NCBI RefSeq assembly: GCF_009914755.1
Contig: NC_060940.1
Source: the human T2T-CHM13v2.0 reference genome, Homo sapiens
DNA length: 64,000 nt
Reading direction: 5' to 3' (one strand)
The translations under genes and the position numbers were made by a program. The notes under the pieces are model-generated. The model saw only the letters and a program-made list of their open reading frames with translations. It did not search any database and had not been told where the DNA came from. Shown here in pieces: positions 46,676 to 64,000 of the stretch (position 1 is the first letter of the stretch; each line of letters begins with the position of its first letter).

Positions 46676-47993
46676 CTGTGTGATCTTGGGCACAGTGTCC
46701 TGAAGCTCTCTAAGCTTCTGTCTCCCTATCTGTAAAATGGGGGGATGACATCCACCTTGTAGGGCTGTTACAGGTAAAATCTGACAATGAACACAAAGCC
46801 CACGACAGATTGTCTGACACTCACTAAATGGTAGCTGCTGCTGTTATTGTTGTCATCATCCACATAACTATTATTATTCCCATTGCCTTGGTGCTGGAGG
46901 CCCAGATTCCCTCCCACCTGATCCTAAGGAAACAAGAACTCAGTTTTGTAGCTGGTCCCAGGGAGCCAGCTGGCACTCAGAAACCAGTGAGATGCTGCCT
47001 TCCCAATGCCAGATTTCTCCCTTACAGAAGGGAGCCGATGCTTTGGGAAGCTGCAGCAGTTCCCAGGGGAAGACATGTGTTGCTCAGGGCCTCACTGCTA
47101 GGAGCCAGAGGCAAGAACATGACCTGCAGCAGGCGGCTGGGCCACACAGGCTGTTTCCTCTCTCCCTGGGGAGCCATTCCCCCTGGTTCCTCCATTGAGA
47201 AGCACCAGGGTCCTTCACTGCAGAAACCAGTCATCCACTGGACCCACCCCGGATTCATGCTGCCCTCAGAGACTCTGTTACCCAACACGGGAGGAAAGCC
47301 AAAGGAAGAACAGAATTCTTTAAAGAGAAAAATAATTTCTCTCTCCTAACTCTCTAGGACTGCCTATCTTTTGGAAGGTGCCAAGAGAATGCAATGCCAA
47401 AGTGGAGAGAACATGCTAGAAAAGTTTCCAAAACATGGGAGCTGCTGCTGATGAGGGCAGGGCTTTCATGAGGCCTCTCAGACCCCCAAGACCACCATCA
47501 ATCACTTCATGTCCCTACTAATAACAGTAATAATAATAAGACCCAGCACTTGTAGCCCACTGTGTGTCACACACTGTTATAATTGCATTCCATGCGTCCT
47601 CTCCAATCCCTGTCATGAGTGTGCCCATTCAGAGGCCTGCGCATCAAGACATAAAAGACGTTTCATAGGGGATAAATAGGAATACGTAAGCACTGGCCAC
47701 CACCATCATCCGTTATTACTACAACTATCACTATGACTGCCATCCTGCAAGAGAAGTGTTTATCTTCGTAGAATAGTAGGGCAAACGCAGGCTCCAAGAG
47801 GGGGATTTTCCCAAAATCACAGAAGAGGTGGGATAGTCCAGTGGCTAAACCAACAGGCTTCAGCGCCAGTGGCCACTGTTCAAGTTTTGATGTGACTGTT
47901 TAGTAACCACATGCCAACTTGGGGAAGTTCCTTCCCCTTCTGAGCTTTCAGTTTTTTCTCCTGCAAAATGAAGAAGTAGATTCAAATACAGGT

Positions 47994-48283
47994 TAGGTCA
48001 GGCTCAGTGGCTGACACCTGTAATCCCAGCACTTTGGGAGGCTGAGGCAGGAGGATCGCTTGAGCCCAAAAGTTCGAGACCAGCCTGGGAAATACAGCGA
48101 GGTCTCGTCTCTACAAAAAATACAAAAATTAGCCAAGCGTGGTGGTGCCTGCCTGTAGTCCCAGCCACCTGGAAGGCTGAGGTGGGAGGATCACCTGAGC
48201 CTGGGAGGTCGAGGCTGCAGTGAGCCATGTTCACACCCCTGTGACAGAATGAGACCCTGACTAAGAATAATAATAATAATAAA
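47994..48283 (+). mobile_element. AluJ-like
   Basis: Dimeric Alu with (TAA)n tail. Confidence 0.9.
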
Positions 48284-48433
48284 ATTTTAAAAAACAGGTT
48301 AAAGTAATGATTCAACCTGATTTTTTTTTTTTTAGTTAAAAACTCAGCTCTAAAGTTCAGGAAGTAGAAGTTAGATGTTCTGTGTTTTCTGAAGATAGAA
48401 TCCTCCCTGCCCTTAAGAAAAGAGGAAAGAACT

Positions 48434-48760
<327 letters not shown>

Positions 48761-49359
48761 TTATATTGCTAACAATATGTTAGTTAGCTCTGTTGTTAAT
48801 GGTCAGTGAGGATCCTCTTGATCTGCCATAAAGGCTACTACGAGAGACAAGACATTAGCAAGACTGGGGTGTAGAGGGAGAAAAAACTAGGGTGGAAAGG
48901 AGAGGCTGGAGAGGAGACAGAGGAAATTCAACACCAGACGCCTTGAGCCGAGTGTAGATCTCAAATGAGACCAATGCCCAGGAAATGCCAGGTGAGAGGT
49001 CAAGAGAGCGCAGACAGGAACTCCTGGCATGCCCCGGGTCTCTGCTACACCAAAGGCTCTCCTGGTGAAAACCACTCCTTCTCAATTGAGGGAAGAGGCT
49101 CTACCCCATGGTCAAGGTCTGCATTCCCACCATTGTACGGATGCTCCAAGAGCACATAACCTCCCTCAACAACAACACGCCCCCCACCCCAGACAACCAT
49201 AAGACCCAAGACAACCTCTGAACACCAAGTAGGGCAGTGAGGAAGATGCCCACCCCTATATAGGGGGGTAAAGGGGTTCCTACGCAGGCATCCTGAGCTA
49301 GGACAGTGAGAGAAGGAGATGCTACTATTCTATTAGCTATCACTGTTGTCATTATCTCT

Positions 49360-49775
<416 letters not shown>

Positions 49776-50249
49776 TGACCACTTTCCCCTGCCCAGCCAG
49801 ACACCTGGAAGGAAAGCCATTGTTGCTGTTTACCACCCCGCCAACCATGCGGCTGGTCGGCAAAGACTCCACTGACCGGCAGGAAACGAGGAGTGCAGGC
49901 GGTAGCCAGGTCCCTGCTTGCTCTGCCTCTGAGGCAAGGGGGTGGTGCTGGGGGAGGACAAGGCTTTTATACACAAAGCAGATGCACCATAAACTCATGC
50001 TCCCTGGGCACAGACACTCCGGGGGAACTGCTGCCGATTTTACCCACTCATTCCTCTGAAAATAACTGCACACACTATCTGCCAAGTTTCCGGAACAGAA
50101 CAAGCGCTGAGGAATAGGGAACTGATGGAGAGAAGGAGTTTAGGATAGTAGGAAGGAAACCACATTGCTCTGCCTGAGAACAGGTCTCTGAAAGGGAAAA
50201 AAGTATCTGCAATGGACTTTATCTTGTCCAGTGCTTTTAATAATAGCAA

Positions 50250-50480
50250 TGCTAGTTGCTATCATTTTTAAAGCAGCTACTCTGTCTTGGCTCTGTGCTT
50301 CATATACATAAAATTCCATTCAATTCTTCTGGTACTATTAGTGTCTCCATTTTTATGGATGAGTAAAGTGAGGCTCAGATAGGTTCAGTAACTTCCCCCC
50401 AAGGTCACACAAGATAAAATAGCAGAATCATGATCCAAAACCAGGCCCCTCTGACATCTGAATTCTTCCACTATACTCAG
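50250..50480 (-). mobile_element. MIR
   Basis: tccatttttatggatgagtaaagtgaggctcagataggttcagtaactt...caaggtcacaca. Confidence 0.8.
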
Positions 50481-50530
50481 CTCCCTGCCAAACAATTTGT
50501 TCACCTGTACCTCTCAATAATAGATGGATT

Positions 50531-50987
<457 letters not shown>

Positions 50988-51270
50988 CTAAGTCACTCAG
51001 TTATTTGGAATCAGAATTATCAGCCTCTCTCCTTTTTTTTTTTTTTTTAAGACAGGACACCACAGCTGCCTAACACCTTTCAGACTCACTTTGGAGTTCC
51101 AGCCTCCAGAACTGTGGGCCAATGAACTTGTGCTGTTTTAAGCCACTAAGTTTGTGCTAATTTGTCACAGCAACAAAAGGAAAATAACGCAATGGGCTTC
51201 TTAGCCTAAGATAAAACTGTACTTCACAAAATAGCGAATAAAAAGATATTTTGGGTCTGTGTTACATTCA

Positions 51271-52330
<1,060 letters not shown>

Positions 52331-52503
52331 CCTGCTTTCACAAGGTCCCAGCTACTGTACTTTTGGGGATACTGCTGCTAATCATGTTGCATTTTTGCAG
52401 GTCTAGGCATATATTTCAGCCCCTTACCTCCAAATCAAAGTTTACCATATTTTCCTGTTTCTGAAATTTCCTACCTCAGGTATATACATTTCATATAATC
52501 TGA

Positions 52504-53265
<762 letters not shown>

Positions 53266-53502
53266 TGTTTGATTTTTTTTTTAAGTGTGTGGCAGGGGAG
53301 AGGTAGAAAGATAAAATAGGGATGAATGGGTGGATGGAAGGATGGATAGATAGGTAGATGACAGATAGATATTTGATTGATTGATAGACAGAAACACAGA
53401 TAACTCCAATGCCATCAGTCACCAGTTTACAACAAGGACAGAGAAACTTCCAGCTCAAGCCATCTCACACTTTACTTTGAGGACCAAGCACATCCCCAGT
53501 AG

Positions 53503-53829
<327 letters not shown>

Positions 53830-53943
53830 GAGTTACACAATCTTGCAGGAGAAAAATGTGATTACTTACCAGGCATAAGAGCTGCTGGGGAGTGGCTCTG
53901 TGGTTAAGTCACTGTGTGGTCTTATTTCCATTTGTCTCTGTTA

Positions 53944-54405
<462 letters not shown>

Positions 54406-55929
54406 TCATCATCCAAGGATTATCTCCCTCCACGGACCATAGATTCCATGCCAGCTGCCCCCTGCATGTCCTGCCCACTGCAGCATCTCCAACAATGAGC
54501 TGGGGTGCTCATTACTTGTTTGTTGAATGAATAAATGACTGTAGGTAATAACTGCACTGTCTGAACCAGGATCCCAACAAATGAGGCTGTGACACATGAG
54601 ATGCCCAGAGGACAGCTGAAATCAAAGCTGCCTTTAAATATCTGGGCTACATCATCACCTTCTGTGGGGTCAGCTTTTCTTCTGTCGGCTTAGCTTCATC
54701 ATCTCGTGCCTCAATGCTAAGGGGTCCGCTTTGTCTCTCTCGGTCCCGGCCATCTCCAACCCAGGAAGGAATGTGGAAAATGGGGCTTGAGAAAGCAAGT
54801 CAGGGTGCTCCGGGCCATGTGGAATCAGGGTCTGAAAGAACACCAGAGCCACTCAGACAAACGTGTAGACCTGTTTGGCATCTTTATTTTCCTTCTAAGT
54901 ACCAATTACTCATCCTGGGCCCAAATGGTGGCAGGTTTCCTTCCCCAAGGGGATAGATTGCAGAAACCAGAAGAGAGAGGTGGGTAGGGGGGAAGCTGAG
55001 AAGGGCAGGAGGGGAAGCCTGCACAGCACCTTCGCTGCTAACTAGGCGAGGGGGAGCATTGGAGAGCTGCTACCTCCAGGGCAGCTGCAGCCTCCTGCAA
55101 GGTTATCTGTGGCGGGCACAGGCTCAAAAGCAACGGGGCAATAAAAGTGAGTCATTGTCACCCAGCATGAGCCAACTCAGCCACTCGGGGCTCGGTGAAA
55201 CATGTCCCCAGATGCAAAGTTACTCAAATTCTGGAATGAGTTTTGCCTGAATAAAGGACATTAAAATGTCCGTGCCCATAAAGACCGGCTGCTGTGCAGT
55301 GCCAGCATGGCTGATGGAGCCAGGGTGATCAGCTGACAAGCACCACCTGAAACGAGCTTCGGGCTGGAGACAGACAGTGCCATACCCTCTAGAGACATCT
55401 GTCCTCAGGCTCCTAACCCAGCTCTGTGGCTGCCTGGCTGTGTGCCCTTGGGCAGGGACATCACCTCTCTGATCTTCGCTCCTCTAAATGATCTCTAAGG
55501 GCCCTCATACACGGAAATTCCATGTAACAGCAACAAAGAGCCTGTGTGTTACTCTTCCCAGGGTTGGTGTTTGCATTTTAACAAAAAGTGTCTGCACTCT
55601 CCAGCAGCCTACTGATGAAGTGTACAGGTTCCTGAATCCAGTTGTTCAGGTTCAAATCCCGGTCCCGTCATTTATTAGCTCTGTGACTTCAGGCAGGTTG
55701 CTTAACCTCTTTGAGCCTCTGTTTCTTCACACCAAGGATAACACAACCAACAGAAAGGCAGGGAGTCTTATTCCAAATACGCAGGTATCCACCTTTTGAT
55801 TGGGTTCCCCAGTGATTCCAGGCATCTTTTGGCTAAGGTTTCTGGAACCTTCTGTTTGGAGCAGAAATTGGAGCATCATACTGGCTACTGCCATTTGCTG
55901 TGCGGATAAGTTTGCAGAGGCCCTCAGCC

Positions 55930-56175
55930 ATCATGCTCGCTCTCTCTCATTACACTGCATTTTCTCCTTTGTAACATCTACTATGATCCAGAATTACCTA
56001 GTAAATTTATTTACTCATTTATTATCCATATCTCTCCCCTGGATTTAAGCTCCATGAAATCACAGACCCCATCTAGCTCATGACTATCGATTCCCATAGC
56101 ATAGCATCAGGCACACAGCAGGTGCTCAATACACCTGTGGCTAAACGAACAAATGAACGGATGAACGAATGAATT
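55930..56175 (+). mobile_element. L2 3' end
   Basis: taagctccatgaa...ggcacacagcaggtgctcaatac...gaacgaatgaa. Confidence 0.75.
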
Positions 56176-56609
56176 GCCCTTATCTAGATGCTTCTCACCT
56201 CAGCCTTCCCAAAGTTTCTCCGTATCCCTGCTTTGCAAAAAAGGAAACTGAACCCTCTGGGGTGGAAATGACCCAAAGTCACAGGGCAGTGGCTGGTACA
56301 CAGGTCTGACTAACTCAAAACCCCACGTGTCACCCCCTTCCAGGAAGGTGTAGACAGAAGCACCAAAAAGGGGTTAGGGGCAGGAGCTTTGGGTCTGTCC
56401 AGCCCAAGTTCCATTCTAGCACTCCTTGGGCAAGTCACTTAACCTGAGGCTCGGTGTCCTCATCCACAACATGATGATGATACCATTAACATGTTCTTCA
56501 TCAGAGTGAGAGTCTCAGGACGATTAAGCCTACTTTGCACAGCGCTGGGCACAGAGCAGGCCCTCAATAAATGGCAGCTGTTGTTCATTACTACTTCTAC
56601 TGCAAGCTT

Positions 56610-57590
<981 letters not shown>

Positions 57591-57596
57591 GCTCCT

Positions 57597-58185
57597 GGCC
57601 AGGTGCAGTGGCTCAGCCTATAATCTCAGCACTTTAGGAAGTTGAGGCAGGATTGCTTGAGCCCAAGAGTTCGACACCAACCTTTAAATTGTTTGCCTTT
57701 AAATTTCATTAAATTAAATTTCTTTTAAATACAAAAAATCCTGGGCTTAAGCAATCCAGGAGGCCAATTGGCCCTGCTAATTTCATTTAAATTTTTCGTT
57801 GAGATGGGTCTTGCTGCGAGACCCTAACCCTAACCTAACCCTAACCCTAACTATCTCTGCGAGACCCCATCTCTACAAGACATTAAAATGAAATTAGCCG
57901 GGCATGGTGACAGCCGTGGTCCTAACTACTTGGGAGGCTGAGGCAGGAGGATCACTTGAGCCCAGGAGTTTGATACGAGCCTGGGAACATAGCGAGACCC
58001 CTGTGTCTATGAAAAAATGTAAATGAAATTAGCACGGCATGGTGGCCTCGCCTGTAGTCCTGGCTTCTCAGGAGGCTGACGTGGAAGGATGGTTTGAGCC
58101 CAGGAATTCAAGGCTGCAGTGAGCTATGGTCCCACCACTGCACTTCAGCCTGGGTGACAGAGTGAGATCCTGTCTCTAAAAATGA
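57597..58185 (+). mobile_element. Rearranged AluJ-like composite with inverted pieces and an extra monomer
   Basis: Left-arm start, AT filler, inverted Alu pieces, telomere repeats, then linker + extra arm + right arm. Confidence 0.85.
57822..57850 (-). repeat. Short interstitial telomeric repeat, (TTAGGG)n on the minus strand
   Basis: ccctaa ccctaa cctaa ccctaa ccctaa. Confidence 0.92.
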
Positions 58186-58339
58186 ATTTTTTTTTTTTTT
58201 AATCCTAGTTCTGCTGCCTTGTTAGCTGTGTGTCTTTGGGCAGATAGCTTACCCTCGCTGGGTCTCAGTTACCCCTTGGAAAACGAGGATCACCGTGGGA
58301 TTTGCGTGAATGCCTGTGAAGTGTTTAGCACTGTGGTTT

Positions 58340-58900
58340 GCATGACTGCCTCACCCTACTCTATTTTCTGCACAGCAGCCAGAATGATCTTGAAACATAA
58401 ATTAGATCTCGGCAGCTGCTCGCCTAAAACCTCTTCAAAGGTTTCTCGTTGCCCTTAGCATAAAATCCAGGCTCTGCACGATGTTTACAAGTCCCTGGCG
58501 ATGCTCTGATCTCATGTTGGGTTACGATTCCCTTGGTTCAGAAATCCCAGCCACCCTGGCTTTCTTTAATATTAAATTTCATTTTAAATAATTAAAATAT
58601 AAAGAGTAAATTATTTAATGTACTAAATTAAATAATTTCATTTAAAATTTAATGTCTAATACCTAAATTAAATAATTTCCTTTAAAATGTAATGTCTAAT
58701 ACCTAAATAATTTCATTTAAAATTTAATATCGAATACATCAAGCTTGCTTCCACATCAGGACTAGTGCGGTGCCACCCCCTCCACTTGGAATGCAGAGCA
58801 CTGCCTTCTGTCCATCAACCACGTGCCTCAGGTTTTCTCTCCTTCCCATCCTTCAGGTCTCAGCTTCAATGCCACCTCCTCAGGCCTTCCCTTACCACAA
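58340..58900 (+). mobile_element. L2 segment with an AT-rich insertion
   Basis: cacagcagccagaatgatctt...gcccttagcataaaatcca...ccagccaccctggctttcttt | caagcttgcttccacatcagg. Confidence 0.78.
58624..58737. repeat. AT-rich tandem repeat, 40-bp unit, about 2.9 copies
   Basis: taaattaaataatttcatttaaaatttaatgtctaatacc at 58624 and 58664 (2 mismatches); shortened third copy at 58704. Confidence 0.92.
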
Positions 58901-59122
58901 GGGAGGAGATACTGTCAATGTCCCACTCAGATCCTTGTCACCAGGCCAGTGGACCCACCCCCAACTGCTGTAGGTATCAGCTACTTAGGGCTCATACCTG
59001 AAACCTTCTCTAAAGGATTAACTACCTGGCTTCTCTGACTTTCCTTTCACTGAGAGCAGCCCCTCAATAAATCACTGGCACAACAGTTGCCATCTCAGAC
59101 TGCCTCTAGGGAACGGAACTTA

Positions 59123-60337
<1,215 letters not shown>

Positions 60338-61724
60338 TAATCCATCACTTCACCCGCACACTTGGCGTGGGGGCCTGCACGTAGGAGATGCCGGAAGAGC
60401 TATTTCTTGAACTCAGGAAATGAGGCATCGTGTGTTTCCAGGGATTCCTCTCTAGTTTCCCCTCTTTTGACCTTCCTCTCAGTCCACTCTTAGATGATCC
60501 TCTTAGGATCTCAAACTCAGTGGGTCCCAGTGTTGATCCATCATCTACCCTCAGGAGAGGAGCTCTCCCCTGCCTTTTCTACCTCTGGCAGTAGCACCAG
60601 CCTTCTGGTGCCAAGGCTAGAACTCTGAGTGCCATGTCTGACTCATTCATCACAGCCATCCCCATAGCTAATCAGTGCCTGGACCTGTCTAAGACGTGTT
60701 GACATTGTCCCCTTCTCTCCTCTCCCCGAAGCTCCATGCTCACAGCCTTCAAGCCAGCCCAAGCCCCGGTTTCCTCATTCCCAAGTTGCTACAAGAACTC
60801 TTAGTAGGAACTCCCCACATCTAGCCGTCACCTCTCCTGCACCCATCTTGCACCAACCTGCTGGACTAACACTGCCAACACTCACCAGGAATCACCTCCC
60901 TCCCTCTGGTAAAAACCCTAAGAAGCCCACAGAGCCATGTCCCGTTGTCTTGCCTAACCTGGCATTCAAAGCCTCCAGTGATAAATCCTCGAGCCACCTC
61001 TTCCAACCTTGTCATTAATACTACAAAAGGTCAGGGAACACTTCTTTTAGGAGGTGACATTTCAGCCAGATCTGAACAAGGAAGAGCAACAATACAGAGC
61101 TGTTTTCAGATGTTAGGGTACTTCAGAACCCCCTGGGAATGTAAAAATATACGCAAATGCCTGTAGTGATGGAGATCGTTTGCTTGCTTGTTTCTTTCTT
61201 TGTTTTTAGCAATCCCTCCAGGACATTTTGTAGTCAGGCTTAGAAGCCACAGGTGGAGGGACAGACACACAGATGGACGAACAAAGAGACATAAATTAGT
61301 AAGTTATAACCTAACCATAAATCCCAGGCCTGAAAGCACAAAAGACCCTGCCATTCACTTTTTCTGGGAGAATCAGAAAGATGTCCAGGAGGAGAGGGTC
61401 TTTAAGCATCGTCTGAAGGGGTGAGCAGGGTTTGCAAAGCAGAAGAAGAATGGTCCTCATTAACATAGTGGAGAGTTTAAAAAAAAAAAAAGTGTACCCA
61501 GTGCAAAAGCTGGGGAAAAAAAAAAAGAATGGAGAAAGTCACAGGCAGAGAGGGCAGCTCCTGTGAGAGGTCCCGGGCTGCGGCCAGTAGGTGACCACCA
61601 ATGGGAGGCAGTGACTATATCAGGATGCCGAGGGGCCCCAGGGAGATGCGGCTGAGGTTGGAGTTGGGGCAGGTGAAGGGGAAGGACTTTGTGGGGTATC
61701 TGAGGAAGATGGAGTTTCTCCTGA

Positions 61725-61773
61725 GGCCACCAGGAGGCGCCAGAGGTCAAGCGGGGCGGGGGGCGGGGACGGG
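61725..61773 (+). promoter_or_regulatory. Candidate CTCF motif with adjacent tandem GC boxes
   Basis: ggCCACCAGGAGGCGCca is one mismatch from the CTCF core CCACCAGGGGGCGC; GGGGCGGGG twice at 61753-61768. Confidence 0.5.
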
Positions 61774-62008
61774 CTCGGTAACTTTCCTCTGCTGAAAACA
61801 GCCCTGAGCAGGGTTAGCAAGGATTAGCCGTGGCAATAAAGGGCTTATAAGGAAATTAAAAGGTCTAATGAGGGCCATAAGGATGATTTATACCCTTTCT
61901 GTAGCATGCCTCTTCCTTGTACTAGAATTCATGTATGCCTTTGTCCTGTCTCCCTAATGAATTGTGGGGTACTCATAGAACTAAAACCCGTGTAATGATT
62001 AGCTGAAG

Positions 62009-62223
62009 CAGGGTTTCTCAACCTTGGAACTGTTGACATTTGGGGCTGGTAATTCTGTGTTGTGGGAGGTTGTTCTGTGCATGTTAGGGTGTTTAGCAGC
62101 GTCCTTGGTTTCTACTCACAAGATGCCAATGCACCTCCATCTCAACTAGTGACAAGCAAAAATGTCTCCTGACATTGCCAGCTGACCCGTGGGAGCAAAA
62201 TCACCCTCAGTGGCAAACCATTG
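62009..62223 (+). mobile_element. MER20 hAT relic, near full length
   Basis: cagggtttctcaaccttggaactgttgacatttggggc...gtttagcagcgtcc...aaaaatgtctcctgacattgcca...aaaccattg. Confidence 0.9.
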
Positions 62224-62376
62224 GGTTAAAGGGGTTCTGCAGGCTCTAGCAGGATCCAAATCTGGGCTCTGCCACTTCCCAAGTAGGTGATCTTGGGCAG
62301 ACTACGTCACTCCTCTATGCCTCCATTTTCTCATGTATCAAGAAGGGATTTTTAAAAAGTATTGACATCAGCATCA

Positions 62377-63035
<659 letters not shown>

Positions 63036-63415
63036 ATACAATGACAAATGCGAAGGCCACAAGGTAAACACTCAATGAACGCCAGGCCTCTGAGGACACA
63101 AGGGATAGTAATGGTTATGGTAACCTCAGTGTTAGCAACTACAGCCTAACTCAAGAATTCCCCGAAGATGTGTTCCAAGGAATACTGAACTCAAAAAGTA
63201 GTTTTATTTAAAAAGGTTTTCAGGCCAGAAAATGCAGGACACCCAATTCCTTTTTGAGCAAATTAGGTATACTCAGTTAATTAAGACTCCAAGAAGGCCT
63301 GCAGTCATCATTACTCGATTTGAAGCTCTGGGAAATGAGGAGTGAAGTCTACCTCACTACAGTATCCCCCTTCCTAGCATAATGCTGAGGAACACTCAAT
63401 AAGAACGTGATAAAT

Positions 63416-64000
63416 TGTGGGCAGAGGATTACCCAGGTGCCGAGGCAAGAGACTGAAGGCACAAACTGTTTCAGTATAATGAAGAAAATAGTTACAATTA
63501 GAATAGTTATAATAGAAATTAGATATAGAGATGATCATGGACATTATCAATCATTAGTATAACCATTATTAATCATTAGCCTTTAATATTACTGTTTGTT
63601 TAATTACTGATATAACAAAGGAATAACCGGCGGGGATAGGGTCAGGTGCTGAAGAGACATTGTGAGAAGTGACCAAGAAGGCAAGAGGTGAGCCCTCTGT
63701 CACGCCTGCATAAGGGCCGCTTGAGGGCTCCTTGGTCAAGCGGTAATGCCAGTGCCTGGGAAAGCACCCGTGACTTAGCAGACCATGAAAGGGAGTCTCG
63801 CTTTACTTGGAGGAGTCAGGGAACACTCTGCTCCACCACCTTCTTGTGGGAGGTTGGATATTATCCAGGCCTGCCCACAGTCATCTGGAGGCCTAAACCC
63901 CTCCCTGTGGTGCTGTGCTTCAGTGGTCATGCTCCCTGTCCACTTTCATGTTCCTCCTGTACTCCTGGTTCCTCTTTGAAGTTCTTAGAAGATAGCGGTA
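63416..64000 (+). mobile_element. LTR13A-like ERVK LTR, truncated by the window end
   Basis: Starts tgtgggcagaggattacccaggtgccgaggcaagagactgaaggcacaaactgtttcagtataat and follows the recalled LTR13A consensus closely. Confidence 0.85.

Noticed and set aside
46828-47349. 173-aa ORF with a hydrophobic N-terminus resembling a signal peptide
   Set aside because: The hydrophobic start comes from a MIR-tail low-complexity run (gctgctgctgttattgttgtcatcatc); the rest has no recognisable homology or splice context.
57822-57850. Chromosome fusion site or subtelomere
   Set aside because: Only five units in one orientation, no head-to-head array and no subtelomeric repeats.
58624-58737. CRISPR-like array
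   Set aside because: Head-to-tail tandem units with no unique spacers, in primate DNA with no cas genes.

Overview
Primate (human-like) genomic DNA with no recognisable protein-coding exon, so probably intergenic or deep intronic. Most of the window is interspersed repeat: about 55 Alu elements or fragments, many MIR and L2 fragments, old L1M/L1PB pieces, MaLR/ERVL solo LTRs (THE1, MSTB, MLT1, MLT2, LTR16/33-like, MER76-like), an LTR13A-like ERVK LTR cut by the window end, and DNA transposon relics (MER5, MER3, MER20, MER47A, MER103). There is one full-length 7SL (SRP RNA) retro-pseudogene on the minus strand. The supplied ORFs are Alu read-throughs, microsatellite translations or chance frames. 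Repeat family names come from my recall of consensus sequences, subfamily calls are tentative and most boundaries are approximate. I cannot name the locus and found no evidence of a new coding system. The most unusual signals are repair and retrotransposition scars: (i) a scrambled Alu holding a short telomere-repeat insertion, next to an AT-rich tandem repeat sharing the same Alu-linker words, beside an orphan CpG island partly built on an L2 relic (56.9-58.7 kb); (ii) an L2 3' fragment with an A-tail and an L1-type target-site duplication inside an MLT1D LTR, later hit by the 7SL copy; (iii) a 37-bp segment copied 2.4 kb away; (iv) a locally duplicated MLT1A. Several repeat-free islands carry enhancer- or CTCF-like motif clusters, which are inference only.
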